A stretch of 64,000 nucleotides of DNA from a virus (taxonomy: Duplodnaviria; Caudoviricetes): the IMG/VR virus record IMGVR_UViG_3300006802_000002, positions 917-64,916 of that record, one strand, 5' to 3'. Positions 1-11,723 of the stretch are shown in pieces. The notes under the pieces are model-generated. The model was not told where the DNA came from, did not search any database, and saw nothing but the letters and a program-made list of their open reading frames with translations. Every line of letters starts with the position of its first letter. The first letter of the stretch is position 1. The position numbers and the translations under genes were made by a program.

Positions 1-1797
1 ATCTATTCTGCCTTTAAGAGTGATAAGGGAACGCCTAGTATTACATGCTTGCATACAGAGAATACTAATCTCCCTAACGGTGTTGAGATTAATGTTCCTG
101 TTAAAATGGAAGATTTGCATACGTTTAATACTAATGCTACAAATTTCTTTAAGACGTTTACGCCTTCTCCCATTATTAACATTAGTATTAAGCCCCTGGA
201 TATAGTAGATCAGTTTGATAATATTACAGTCCTTAAATCTGCATATGGTGATACAGTAGACGTGGGTATTAAACAGGGCAATGTTGTGTATCCTGTTGAT
301 ATGAAAACTTTGATGGGTACAAATAATTATTATAAGTCAAGTGACTACTGCACTATTATTGAAGTGCCTATTGGTAGTGTCGAAGTAACCGCCGGCAGAG
401 AAGAAATTTCTTACACTAAAAACGTAATCGCGTATCTTAAGGACCTTTTAATTAACACTAAGAAGGCTTTTAAAGACCATATTGAAACTGATTTGGTTAA
501 GTGTAAGTCTTTGTATGAAGCTTTACAAAACTATAAAAGCTATTACACTTCCTCCTATTTTTATTTTGGTGATGCCTCTAATAAATTAACGTATAGGGGA
601 AAACCTTTAGTATATCCAAGTATAGAGTTAAATTTAGGCACAGATTTTACAGATATTGTTGGCTATAAATATAACGTGTCAAGATACACTAAGGACAATA
701 TTATATATAATTATCGTTATAATTATCATAGTATTAGTGAAATTTTGTTTGATAAATTTAACACTTCTTCTATTACCAGTGTTAAATTTAATACAGAAGA
801 AATATTAAAAGACGTTAACGGCCTATATCATAGTGTAAAGGACAGCATTGTAATAGTGGACGTACCAATTCTTTCCTCCATTTCAAACTTCTTAAAAAAT
901 AACAATATAGAAAAACGAGCTATTCTGTTATATGGTACTGATATTGAGAATACTCTGAATAAGAAATTGGAAGATGCTTTAGGGGAAAAGAATTTAGCGT
1001 GCAGGAGTATTTTTAAGGTTTCTGAGTTAATCAACACTCCTCCTGTACCCGTAGTCAAGGCAAAAAAGTCTACAGGAACACTTAAAGGATTTAAACTTGA
1101 CGAAGTAGAAGACTATTTTAAGGCCAACCCTAACAGAAATGCAATTTCTAACACGGATAGTGTATATCGACCTATTGAACTTAAGGCCGGGGGCTACTAT
1201 ATAACATCCGGAGTGTACCAACACAAATATGAACTTGCGCCAAATACTAGGTTATATGGCGCAAATGGTCTTAACTCTGCACTTAAAACGCTTAAAATTA
1301 TTGATGATAATACGCCCATTTATTTATTCCCAAAGCAAAATTATAAAACGCTTGATAAGTACGCCTCTATTTGGAAAGATTTAGAAGTAGAATTAAAGAC
1401 GCTAGTTGATACATATAAGTTGGATAAAGATTTACAAAACTATTTCTCGGGGCAGAATAGCATTGTGGAGGATAAAGATATTCTAGAAGTGTTTAAAAGA
1501 ACTAAGTCAATTAAATCCAAGTATGTAGAAGATATTATAAAAGAGTATAATGAGTTTGTAAAAGATAAATCAGTTGACCCTATTAAAGAGGCAAAATTAG
1601 TCTGCATGAAATTCCTGAGGGTTGATTTTGATACTTTACCAGCAGTACAAACGATCTTTACTAAGGGAAGGGACTTAAAAGAAAAGTTTCCTTTGTTTAA
1701 AGATAGGTATTGGTACTCTTATAGTTCGCTAGGTACAGAAGAAGTAAAGTATATCAACGCAATTTCGTATATTGAAGAAAACGACATTAAACTTTAG
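1..1797 (+). CDS. rIIA: rIIA-like protein (5' end truncated by the window edge)
   Basis: The frame is open from base 1 (IYSAFKSDKGTPSI...NGVEINVPV), resembling the end of the GHKL-like N-domain of rIIA proteins. It lies directly upstream of an rIIB-like gene. Confidence 0.75.
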   Translation: MYSAFKSDKGTPSITCLHTENTNLPNGVEINVPVKMEDLHTFNTNATNFFKTFTPSPIINISIKPLDIVDQFDNITVLKSAYGDTVDVGIKQGNVVYPVDMKTLMGTNNYYKSSDYCTIIEVPIGSVEVTAGREEISYTKNVIAYLKDLLINTKKAFKDHIETDLVKCKSLYEALQNYKSYYTSSYFYFGDASNKLTYRGKPLVYPSIELNLGTDFTDIVGYKYNVSRYTKDNIIYNYRYNYHSISEILFDKFNTSSITSVKFNTEEILKDVNGLYHSVKDSIVIVDVPILSSISNFLKNNNIEKRAILLYGTDIENTLNKKLEDALGEKNLACRSIFKVSELINTPPVPVVKAKKSTGTLKGFKLDEVEDYFKANPNRNAISNTDSVYRPIELKAGGYYITSGVYQHKYELAPNTRLYGANGLNSALKTLKIIDDNTPIYLFPKQNYKTLDKYASIWKDLEVELKTLVDTYKLDKDLQNYFSGQNSIVEDKDILEVFKRTKSIKSKYVEDIIKEYNEFVKDKSVDPIKEAKLVCMKFLRVDFDTLPAVQTIFTKGRDLKEKFPLFKDRYWYSYSSLGTEEVKYINAISYIEENDIKL

Positions 1798-1808
1798 AAA
1801 GGTATAAA

Positions 1809-2657
1809 ATGTCATATCCGTATGTTCTCACTACTGATGCTGTTACCGTCGTTGTTGATGGCAAGGCTCATGTTGTCTACAAGTCCAACCAGTATTATAG
1901 TGCGCTTATTGCTGCCATTAAGAGTTGCGACAAGACTACTATTCTTAATAGTATCTCACTTGCTGAACAGATTAATAAGTTTGGTAAGGGCAAGGTTTAC
2001 GTTAAGGATGGCCTAGTGTACTTTAATACTAAGCCTGTGAATAGTGCGGTTTCTGACCATATTATTCGTATGGTTAAGGAAGGTTTTAATGTAGAGCCTA
2101 TGCTGTTGTTCCTGCGTAATCTTATGAATAATCCTTCTGATACTTCTAGAGAAGAACTGTATCTGTTTATGCAGAAGGGTAAGATGCCCATTACTTCTGA
2201 TGGTCATTTCCTGGCGTATAAGCGTGTCCGTAATAATTACACGGATATTCACTCAGGTATTTTTGATAATACTCCTGGCAAGGTTGTCGAAATGCCTAGG
2301 GATCAGGTAGACACCAATCGAAATAACACCTGTTCTAAGGGCCTTCACTTCTGTTCTGAGGGATATCTTCCTCACTTCGGCAGTGGTTCAGGAAATAGAG
2401 TTGTTATGGTTAAGGTCAATCCTGCCGACGTTGTTAGCATTCCTTCTGATTACGATAATACCAAGGGCCGTACTTGGAGATATGAAGTCCTACGGGATGT
2501 TACGGATAAGGTAGGTACTTTTAATTCGGCTGTTTGGCAGGATGACACTGAGGATAGTGACAATGATCCTGTGGCTACTTCTAAGCCCACCTATCACAAT
2601 GTTCGTGATGCTAAGGGACATTTTGTGAAGGCAAATAGCAAGCGTCGAGTTAACTAA
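1809..2657 (+). CDS. rIIB: rIIB-like protein
   Basis: Motifs ITSDGHFLAYK, CSKGLHFCS and VKVNPADVVSIPSDY are typical of phage rIIB homologues. Confidence 0.85.
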   Translation: MSYPYVLTTDAVTVVVDGKAHVVYKSNQYYSALIAAIKSCDKTTILNSISLAEQINKFGKGKVYVKDGLVYFNTKPVNSAVSDHIIRMVKEGFNVEPMLLFLRNLMNNPSDTSREELYLFMQKGKMPITSDGHFLAYKRVRNNYTDIHSGIFDNTPGKVVEMPRDQVDTNRNNTCSKGLHFCSEGYLPHFGSGSGNRVVMVKVNPADVVSIPSDYDNTKGRTWRYEVLRDVTDKVGTFNSAVWQDDTEDSDNDPVATSKPTYHNVRDAKGHFVKANSKRRVN

Positions 2658-2740
2658 ATTAAAAGGGTACCTATTCCCCTGAATAGGCTAAGTGTAAGGG
2701 GGAGGCCCTTAAAGCCATTTTAATTATTAAAGGAAATATA

Positions 2741-3340
2741 ATGGAATATGTAATACATAGAGACTTCCCTGTAATTCCTCCTGTTAAAAATGTTGTAATA
2801 ACGCTAACTCCAGAAGAATTACATAGTTTGCGTATTAGCATGGAGAAGTGTAGTAATCTTGCTTATAAACTCTATGATACTCTTAAACGTATTGACATCG
2901 AGTGTGGAAATAAGGAATATTTATAATGCGTATTAAGCGATTTGATTATGTTGCTACTGGCACTGAAATTAATCTAACTAATGATGAAGTGACTATTCTT
3001 AGAGGCATCATTCAGGAACATACTGATAGTATTAAGGATGGTATAATGACCTCTAATCCTCTTGAATATGTTTTCTGCAAGAAGCTTCTTAAGCGTTTGC
3101 CGGTGACTTAGTATGGATATTATTATTAATGACGCTCCACAATACACTAAATTACACACTGTACCTGTTGGTTCTATTGTAACTTGGAGAGAAGCATGTA
3201 AAAGTTTTTACATGGTAATTCCTCAGGTTAATTCCGGAGTGGTTGATTATAATTTAGTAGATATGGCATCTGGTAAATTATTTTTTGGTGGTAAAGATGC
3301 TCTAGTAACTGTTGTGAAGGCTACATTGCATATTAACTAA
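2741..3340 (+). CDS. Three tightly packed small hypothetical proteins (2741-2926, 2926-3111, 3113-3340)
   Basis: Overlapping or abutting stop/start codons; AAGGA upstream of the first. Confidence 0.6.
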
Positions 3341-3348
3341 CTAAGTAT

Positions 3349-3422
3349 TCCCCGGTCGTCTAACGGTAGGACCCCTGACTTTGGATCAGGTAATGGAAGT
3401 TCGAGCCTTTCCTGGGGAACCA
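3349..3422 (+). tRNA. tRNA-Gln(TTG)
   Basis: Acceptor TCCCCGG/CTGGGGA, anticodon arm CCTGA-CTTTGGA-TCAGG, GTTCGAG T-loop, encoded CCA. Confidence 0.93.
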
Positions 3423-3433
3423 TTTAAATACAT

Positions 3434-4641
3434 TTGGAACTAATATATAACATGCTAAAGATTAAACAAGCCAATACATATCCAGCCGCAATTAAGTATC
3501 AAGTGTATTTTGACGACACAAATGGCACATACGGCTTGTATAATAATCTGGACGAGGCTATAATTGCCGTGTGCAAGCATGAACATGAAGATTTATCAGA
3601 TCCGCATATTCAGGATGTAGTGACGTTTCAGAATTTGTTAATGCGTGCTGGATTTTATTTAAATAATGATTTTAAGGCTACAGACTTCAATGGACCTAAT
3701 CCTATGAAAGTGTATAGGCAGGCCATGGAACTTAAGCAAAGGCTCATAGAGCATTTCCAGAATGATTTAAAGTATCCTCCTGCACGCATGGAGCAAGTTA
3801 AGACATTCTTAGAAAATATTCAACAATCAAGTATTAAGGTTCTTAAAAAGACTTAAGACAACATTTAGGATTGACTAAATGACGCAAGATAAGCATGGTA
3901 AGCATTTTAATGTTGTTGGTAAAGTAATTCATTTATATGAAGATGAAGGACTAACACAACAACAAATTGCTTTACAATTACGCATTTCCCTTAAACAAGT
4001 AGACAAAATTATTAGAGAGAACTGTAACTACTATGAAGATTGAAAAAATGTATCCTAATATTAAAGCTACAGGACTTAAAATTGAATTGAATAAAGATGA
4101 TGCTAAACATATTAGAAATTTTATTGACTATCAAGTCAAACATAGGGGCGCAATTATTGGCGCAGGAATGCCAATGAGTGATTTTTACAATTCATTAAAG
4201 GATTTTTGCAATGAAGATTAAGCATAACCATAAGGAAATCACTAAAAAGTTTAGACAAACTTCTAGTGTTACTATAACTTTTACTAGAGAAGATTTACTG
4301 GATATTTACTATAGCTCACATTGGCGCTGTGAAAGTGACAATGACGATAGTGTTGCCGTTACAAAGTTTGCCGAACTATTGGCGAGTATTTCTGTCGAAG
4401 AAGAATAATGATTAAATTAAAGCGCACAGGTGGACACGTTCAACTAGAAATAGGAGATAATATTGCCCACCTTACTTATAATGATGCAGTTACTTTAGGT
4501 AATCACCTTATTCAAATAGCAAAGCCATATATGGTGGAAATTACACTTGAACCAACAGAATATAAAGACGTATCTGAAAACGGTACAGTTGAAGAACCAT
4601 CAAAATATTCGATTGAATTGTCCCAATTGCCACGGGACTAA
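3434..4641 (+). CDS. Cluster of small hypothetical proteins (3434-3856, 4033-4221, 4211-4408, 4408-4641)
   Basis: ORF track; mostly overlapping stop/start packing. Confidence 0.55.
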
Positions 4642-5371
4642 CACATTTAGTGTGAGTAAAGAAAATGGAGAACTCGTTTATTATTGCTTTAGGGCTTCTT
4701 GTCATATTGCTGGCAGGATTAGTACTGGCCGTACTATTGATGATGTCAAAGCTATTGCGTTGGGTACAGTGGATTTCAGAGGACTTACACGGAATAAAGA
4801 CGGAATTCAAGACTGTAAACCTGCATTTGAAATTCCTTGGTACTTTCAAAGTATAGCCACTAATAAAGATGCTCACGAATACCTAAGAAAAAATAACTGC
4901 CTAGGGGCGTACTATGACCGTGCTTGTAACATTATGTTTGATCCTCGCCTTAATCGCGTTGTATTCACAATCAGACGACGATTGGACGGGGTTTGCGTAG
5001 ATGCAGCGGGAAGACTTTTAAAGTATGCTAAGGGACAGCCTAAATGGCTCCGTTATGCTTCTAGCGATATGCCTTTTATCGTGGGCAGTAGAGATAACGC
5101 CGTTATTGTTGAAGACTGTGCTAGCGCTTGTGCTGTGTATTCTAGTGGGTATAGTGGCGTATCCTTACTTGGTACAAACTTAAAGAAAGCTTTTATTAGC
5201 GAACTTAAGCATTTTAAGAAGTGTTTTGTATGCTTGGATTTAGATGCTTCTAAGAAAAGCATTGAAATGTATAAAGCATTATCTCCATACACAGACGCAC
5301 ACATTAGATTTATTCCACAAGATTTAAAGTACTGTTCTCCAGAACAAATAAAAAATATTATTGGTGAATAA
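4547..5371 (+). CDS. DNA primase (Zn finger + TOPRIM)
   Basis: CPNC...CFRASC zinc finger, VIVED and LDLDA TOPRIM motifs; abuts the helicase gene. TTG start is uncertain. Confidence 0.85.
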   Translation: MNQQNIKTYLKTVQLKNHQNIRLNCPNCHGTNTFSVSKENGELVYYCFRASCHIAGRISTGRTIDDVKAIALGTVDFRGLTRNKDGIQDCKPAFEIPWYFQSIATNKDAHEYLRKNNCLGAYYDRACNIMFDPRLNRVVFTIRRRLDGVCVDAAGRLLKYAKGQPKWLRYASSDMPFIVGSRDNAVIVEDCASACAVYSSGYSGVSLLGTNLKKAFISELKHFKKCFVCLDLDASKKSIEMYKALSPYTDAHIRFIPQDLKYCSPEQIKNIIGE

Positions 5372-6594
5372 TGAAAGCAGCATATATTAAATTATTACTA
5401 GATCATACTTATTACAACTCTATTAAACATAAGCTTGTTGATACTATGTTTGATGGGGAGGAAAGCTTTATTTGGGAAACTATTAAGTGGGGACATGCCG
5501 AATTTAAGCGTGACCTTAGTATTGATGAATTGTATGATTTAATCAAGGCTAAAAATCCAACATTAACAACGGTAGTTAAGACCAATATTGCATCTATCAT
5601 TGATGATATAAAGAACGCAGAAGATATTAAAGAAGACAGCGCTAAGTTTGTTCTTTCAAATCTATGGAAGAACCATGTGGCATTACACATTGCTAATTAC
5701 GGCATTGAACTATCAGAAGGTAAAAAGACAGACCTTCTGGAGCTACGCACAACCATTGAAAGGGTACAAGATGATTGGCTTCCTGTTGATTTCGTTAAGC
5801 CTATCCCTACTGATGTACGCTCTGTAGTACAGGCTTTAAAGGATAGAGCAGGTTGGAAACTTAATATTCCTGCGTTGGCGGATAAGGTGGGTCCAATGGC
5901 AGGGGGAGATTTCGTGTATCTCTTAGCCCGTCCAGAAGTAGGCAAATCGGGTTTCGTAGTTAATATGATTGCTGGTCCTAATGGATTTGCTGAACAGGGT
6001 GCAAATGTTCATGCAATCTTTAATGAAGAACCTGCAATTAGAACTATGATGCGTGCCATTTCCTCTAATACGGGCATGACTAAGGCCGAAATTGAGGAGG
6101 ATATCGACAAGGCTACTCTAGCGTTTGCTAAGGTGGTTAATAATATAACTTTCGTAGACGACGTTACCATGACCCTAGGCCGCCTGGATGCCTATTGCCG
6201 CCGTTTTAAGCCTGATGTATTGGTCCTAGATCAGTTAGATAGGGTAAGCGCCAGCGGGAACTTTGAAAGCTCCCACGAACGTCTAGGAGAGATTTACAGC
6301 AAGTTCAGAGAAATCTGTAAAAGTCATAATGTACTTGGTATTGGCGTTTCTCAAGCAAGTGCAGAGGCGGAAGGTAAGACGGTTGTTACATATTTCCATT
6401 CAGAAGGTTCTAGGACCTCTAAGGGAGCTACTGCGGACCTAGTACTAGGTATCGGTATGTCTCCTGTAACAGAGGAAAGTAGTTCTGGAGAGAATTTAAT
6501 AAGATACGTGACAGCCTCAAAAAACAAATTGTCTGGATGGCACGGAACAATAGCTTGTAAAATTGTACCATCTTTATCCAGATACGAGGATTGA
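5371..6594 (+). CDS. DnaB-like replicative helicase
   Basis: Walker A ARPEVGKS, NEE, LVLDQ (Walker B), SQ motif and KNK. Confidence 0.92.
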   Translation: MKAAYIKLLLDHTYYNSIKHKLVDTMFDGEESFIWETIKWGHAEFKRDLSIDELYDLIKAKNPTLTTVVKTNIASIIDDIKNAEDIKEDSAKFVLSNLWKNHVALHIANYGIELSEGKKTDLLELRTTIERVQDDWLPVDFVKPIPTDVRSVVQALKDRAGWKLNIPALADKVGPMAGGDFVYLLARPEVGKSGFVVNMIAGPNGFAEQGANVHAIFNEEPAIRTMMRAISSNTGMTKAEIEEDIDKATLAFAKVVNNITFVDDVTMTLGRLDAYCRRFKPDVLVLDQLDRVSASGNFESSHERLGEIYSKFREICKSHNVLGIGVSQASAEAEGKTVVTYFHSEGSRTSKGATADLVLGIGMSPVTEESSSGENLIRYVTASKNKLSGWHGTIACKIVPSLSRYED

Positions 6595-6619
6595 TTTTTA
6601 TATTTTGTTATATTATACT
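6591..6619 (+). promoter_or_regulatory. Sigma70-type promoter for the endonuclease gene
   Basis: TTGATT-N17-TATACT. Confidence 0.55.
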
Positions 6620-6645
6620 ATTTCCTGTAATTTAACAGGAAAAAT

Positions 6646-7179
6646 ATGAACATAGAAAAATCCATAGCTCAAGGCGTTATGTTTTATGGCAAGCCATGTA
6701 AAAAAGGGCATAACGGGCTTAGGTATATAAAAAATGATAAAGGGTGCGTGTTCTGTCAAATGGAGCGCTCTAAAAAGTACAAATACACCAGAGATAACTA
6801 TTTATTACGTAATAAAAATGATCCTTTGTTTAAAGCCAAGCAAAGAAAACATCAGAAAAATTGGAGAATTAATAACCCAAAAACATATTTAATACGACTA
6901 GCTAAAATTAGAGCAAAAGAAAATAATATTGATTTTGCAATAACAGAAGAAGATATCAAAATTCCAGAAATCTGTCCTGTGTTTGGATATGGTATAAAAC
7001 ATAACTCGGGAAGTAAACAAGATAATTCCATATCATTAGACAGAATAGATAATTCTAAAGGCTACACAAAAGATAATATAGCAGTAATTTCTTGGAAAGC
7101 TAACAGACTTAAGAACAATGCGACTATTGAAGATTTACGTAAATTATTAAAATATATGGAAAGTGTCAAAAATGGCTAG
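6646..7179 (+). CDS. Free-standing HNH-like (His-Me finger) homing endonuclease
   Basis: CPVFG...SLDRIDNSKGYTKDNIAVISWKANRLK; N-terminal CKKGH...CVFC; more AT-rich than its neighbours. Confidence 0.8.
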   Translation: MNIEKSIAQGVMFYGKPCKKGHNGLRYIKNDKGCVFCQMERSKKYKYTRDNYLLRNKNDPLFKAKQRKHQKNWRINNPKTYLIRLAKIRAKENNIDFAITEEDIKIPEICPVFGYGIKHNSGSKQDNSISLDRIDNSKGYTKDNIAVISWKANRLKNNATIEDLRKLLKYMESVKNG

Positions 7180-9240
7180 AGATATTATTTACCTTGACGA
7201 AGAAAAGACCATCATTGATTTTCCCAGGAAGATTGGTACGCCTAGGACTTTAGATGATCTCGTATCCAATGGTCGAGGAATTGATTGTGCTGCACTGATG
7301 TATATTGACAACAATGGTGCCATTAAGTTTCAATGCACTCCTTTAATGGATTGGGGAAATTTAATTAGGTCCTGTAGTTATATTATTCATGTTGGTAATG
7401 TTATTCAGGATAGATCGCAGACACCTAAAAATAGGTTAGCATAATGGGTAATCAATTGCGTGCGTTATTTGAAAGCCCTTTAACAGAAGAAGTTAAACAT
7501 CTTATTGATGGCTTTACTAGATATGAAATGTGCCGTCAATGGCGTTTCTCGGGCTTAGGTACTTTTGTATATGGGCCTGTGTACGAATATTGGAATAGTA
7601 GATTTAGAGAACTTGGGGGATTTTCTCCTGAAATCTCAAAATCCCTCGGCTGGCAATCTTGAAATACCAATAAAAAGGCTTATATTGGAACCATGATTAA
7701 TAAAGACCCGATTTCAAATCTCCAACATGAGATTGATGGTATTAATAATAAGATAGAACTTATTAGAATTTCCATTCAAAGATCACAACAAGAAATGGAA
7801 GGCTTTTATAGAATGAAAGCCGACTATGAAAGAGCACTTATAGAATTAAAGCTTGCTGGATTAAAACAAGTAAAAGAATACCCTGGACTAGAAAGATTGC
7901 AGGGAGACAAAGGTATTAATAAGGATACACTTCCTTTTGATCCTGATGAGAACATTAAAGGTAAATTAGTTGGCGATACAACACCATAACATAACAGCAG
8001 ATAATTTAGTATCTGTTTTATCTACACCATGGAACCATCACTTTATTACTTATTTTGATGGGAAAGAATGTAGAATAAGAATTTTATTTTGTTCAATAGA
8101 AAGAGTATGGGAGTTACTTAAATGAAGTATACATTAGATGTTTTGAACAAGGAATTAGCTTCACATGAGGCTAAGATGGCAGAACTACAATCGTCAATGA
8201 ATGACAAGAATGCGGAATTACAAAAGCTTGGGGCTATTACACAGGAGCTTAAGCTAGCCATTAGAGCTATTAAGACTATGGTGTAAATGGGACATAATAT
8301 TAAATTCCCGTATCATGTGAATACATATTTGTATTTAACTAATCCAAAAGATACTTTATTGACTATGTTAGAGATTAGCACATTCATTGAAGATCAAACT
8401 GAAAAATTTAAACAGAATTTATTAGCACATATGAAGGATCAAATTCATGCGTAATCGTATCACACTAAAGGGTTTTCGTAAGTGGCTTATGCGTCAAAAG
8501 AATGATAGAGATATGGAGTGTAAGGACGCAAAGAATTGCGCCGTAGCACAATATTTATCCAGTGTGTTTAAGACAAACAGTACTAGAGTGTATGGCTATA
8601 AGGACATGATTTATATGAAAGATGATAGGGTATTCGTTGTAAAATCTCCTAAGATTTTTGATGATTTTATTAAGCGCTTCGACGGTAATGAAGATTATAC
8701 AGCGTATGGTGCAAAGATTGCCCTTAAGCAAGTTATGCAAGAACATCAAATTGTGGACGTAAAACACTAATGGATATACACGATATTTTAATTTTTATGG
8801 GTATTTTATTTTTAGTTAGCATGGGTTTACATTTAATATAAGGAAATAATTATGACTATTGATAGCACTGTTTTATTAGTTACGAATAATGTTTGGACTG
8901 TTCTAAACGAAGGTAAGAAGCTGCACCCTAGACTTGATAGAGTTAAGATGAAGGAAGAAATCCTTAGCACTGTTGCTGCTGCTTTAAAGCCTTCTGATAC
9001 CAGCGTGGATGTTCAGGTATGACATTAGAATATCCTGTACAATTAGGTATTCCTCCGACAGCGTGTTATGTGCGAACGGACGAGCCTGAAATTCTATTAG
9101 CGTTTACTAAGTTTTTACTACAGATGAATGATACAACTGCGGCATTCTTTTTAAATATTGTAAATAAGGTTAATCCAGAATGGGTTGAACCAGCCAAGCA
9201 AGTTATACAAAATTGCTTAAGCCTTATTGGTGGGGCTTAA
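7163..9240 (+). CDS. Cluster of small hypothetical proteins (7163-7444, 7444-7662, 7693-7989, 8447-8770, 9019-9240 and shorter ORFs)
   Basis: ORF track; same-strand packing. Confidence 0.5.
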
Positions 9241-9434
9241 ATGGACGTACTATTTAGCATAGTGATTTGTGTAATTATACTTTTATTTGCTGTGGCTTAT
9301 CTCTAAGGTCGCTAATATAAATTCTTAGAGTACGGGGGTCCCTGATTGTGGTGGGATCGTATAGAATAGCGCGGGATGGGGGCTATCTATTTAATAGATA
9401 AAGAAATTATTATACTATGTTGAAAGTCATATAA

Positions 9435-11546
9435 ATGCGAGTAATTTGTGCTGACATTGAAACAACAATCACAATTCTAGATGCAAAGAAAAAGAAAAAA
9501 GACCTATCGCCATTTAATTCAAATAATAAATTAGTTTCTGTTGGTTGGAAATTTATCGAAAACGGAAATATATTGCCGGGAGGATATGTATTTTTTCATC
9601 ATAAAGATTTGCCAAATATAGATGTTGTGAAAAGCTCGAAAGAGTTTCAGACAGCTTTAAGTTCTGCTGATATTTTTGTAGGGCACAATGCTAAATTCGA
9701 CGCTATGTGGCTTGAGCAATGTGGCTTTGTAATCCCTAAAGATATACGTTGTACTATGGTGCGTGAATACGTGCTTAATAGGGGCGAAAAGGATAGTCTA
9801 TCTCTTGAGGATTGCTGCATTGCTAATAATGTAGCCCTAAAGAAAAAGGATTTAGTACAGCCCTACCTAGATACTGGAATAATGTTCGATGAAATTCCTT
9901 GGGAAATTGTAGAGGAATACGGCAAGGGTGACGTGCAATCCTGTGCTGAACTATATTTAAATCAAGAGAAATTATATAATTTAGATGTGAATAAAGGGTT
10001 AATTAAGACCCGTGATATGATGTGTCAATTTACAGATGTTCTGTCTGAAATGGAACAGGCAGGAATTAAAATTGACCAAGCTAGACTTAAGCAAGTTGAA
10101 AACGAATTCACTAAAGAAAAGACTAACCTAGAGATACGTATTAAAGAACTTATCTCCGAGACCATGGGGGATACTCCTGTTAATATCAATTCCCCAGAAC
10201 AGTTATCTAAGGTCATTTATTCTAGGTCTCCACGAGATAAAGCAAAGTGGATAAAGACTTTTAATATTGGTTTGAATGTTCAAAACAAGCCGCTTAAACG
10301 CCCCTATATGGAGCCCTATGAATTCAGAAATAATGTCAGCGCATTGTGTGAAACTGCTTATAAGACAACAGCTAGCCAATGTAATAGCTGCACAGGTATG
10401 GGATACTTTTTTAAACAGAAAAAGAACGGTGAAAACTTCAAGAAAAGCACTAAATGTCCAAATTGTGAAGGTTCCGGCCTTTCGTATATTAAAACCGACG
10501 AAGTGGCCGGGTTTAAATTAATGCCTACTGGTGTGGATGATTGTGCTACTGGTGGGTTTAGTACAGACAAAGAAACATTAGAAAAGCTTTTAGATAAATC
10601 TAGAGGTAAAAAGAATGATAAAGCTGTAGAATTTCTTACAGCAATTATCAGAGTATCAGCATTAGACACGTACATTAATAGTTTTGTTAAAGGTATTGAA
10701 AGAGGAACACAAGCAAATGGCGTCCTTCATGCAAAGTTTAACCAGACGATTACATCTACCGGAAGATTGTCTAGTACAGACCCTAACCTTCAAAACCAGC
10801 CAAGAGGGAATACCTTTCCTATCAGGGGTGTCTTTATTTCAAGATGGGCAGGAAGTGGTGGAACATTATGCGAAACAGACTTCTCCCAACTTGAGTTTAG
10901 ATGTGCTGGACATCTTGCAGAGTGCTCTACAGTACGAAATGACGTTCTCGCAGGATTAGACGTACACAGTCAAACAGCTAAAATTCTAACTGATGCTGGA
11001 CAAGAGACAAATAGACAAGATGCTAAACCTCACACATTTAAACCTTTATATGGGGGATTAAGTGGCACAGACGCAGAAGTTACGTATTATAAGGCGTTTC
11101 TTGATAAGTATACTGGCGTTAAAAATTGGCATGTAAAATTACAAGAAGAAGCCATTAAATATAAGAAAATTACTCTACCTACAGGAAGGGAATACAGCTT
11201 TCCTTGGGTCATTCGTAATAGATGGGGTGGGGCTACCCATAAAACGCAGATTGTAAATTATCCTGTACAGGGGTTTGCAACTGCCGACATTGTGCCTCTG
11301 TCAATGATTTATTTAAAGCGCGAATATAAAAGATTGGGACTGAAAAGCTTGATTTGCCTAACCGTACATGATAGCATTGTTACCGATGTTTTCCCTGGCG
11401 AACTGGAAATTGTTGTAAAACTTCATAAAAATCTACATGGAATTGCAGAGCAAGCCTTGAAAGATTATTACGGAATTACTATGTATGTCCCGTTAGACAG
11501 TGAAACAAAAGTCGGACCCAATCTAATTGAAATGAAGAAGGTCTAA
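9435..11546 (+). CDS. polA: DNA polymerase family A with 3'-5' exonuclease and DnaJ-like Zn-finger insertion
   Basis: ExoI DIET, ExoII HNAKFD, ExoIII YGKGD; TGRLSS, motif A DFSQLE, motif B KPHTFKPLYG, motif C VHDS; insert CNSCTGMG...CPNCEGSG. Confidence 0.96.
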   Translation: MRVICADIETTITILDAKKKKKDLSPFNSNNKLVSVGWKFIENGNILPGGYVFFHHKDLPNIDVVKSSKEFQTALSSADIFVGHNAKFDAMWLEQCGFVIPKDIRCTMVREYVLNRGEKDSLSLEDCCIANNVALKKKDLVQPYLDTGIMFDEIPWEIVEEYGKGDVQSCAELYLNQEKLYNLDVNKGLIKTRDMMCQFTDVLSEMEQAGIKIDQARLKQVENEFTKEKTNLEIRIKELISETMGDTPVNINSPEQLSKVIYSRSPRDKAKWIKTFNIGLNVQNKPLKRPYMEPYEFRNNVSALCETAYKTTASQCNSCTGMGYFFKQKKNGENFKKSTKCPNCEGSGLSYIKTDEVAGFKLMPTGVDDCATGGFSTDKETLEKLLDKSRGKKNDKAVEFLTAIIRVSALDTYINSFVKGIERGTQANGVLHAKFNQTITSTGRLSSTDPNLQNQPRGNTFPIRGVFISRWAGSGGTLCETDFSQLEFRCAGHLAECSTVRNDVLAGLDVHSQTAKILTDAGQETNRQDAKPHTFKPLYGGLSGTDAEVTYYKAFLDKYTGVKNWHVKLQEEAIKYKKITLPTGREYSFPWVIRNRWGGATHKTQIVNYPVQGFATADIVPLSMIYLKREYKRLGLKSLICLTVHDSIVTDVFPGELEIVVKLHKNLHGIAEQALKDYYGITMYVPLDSETKVGPNLIEMKKV

Positions 11547-11723
11547 ATGGAAAACTTAACTGTAAAATACTACATGGGTTATGATAGTGCTTCTCCCAAC
11601 AACTATGAAATGCTTAATGGTCCCACAATTATTCGTTGTGATATTTCTTTAACTAAGGTACGTAAAGAAGATATTAAAGCTATTATTAAACATTTAGAAA
11701 TTATTGAAGGAAAACTATAAAAT

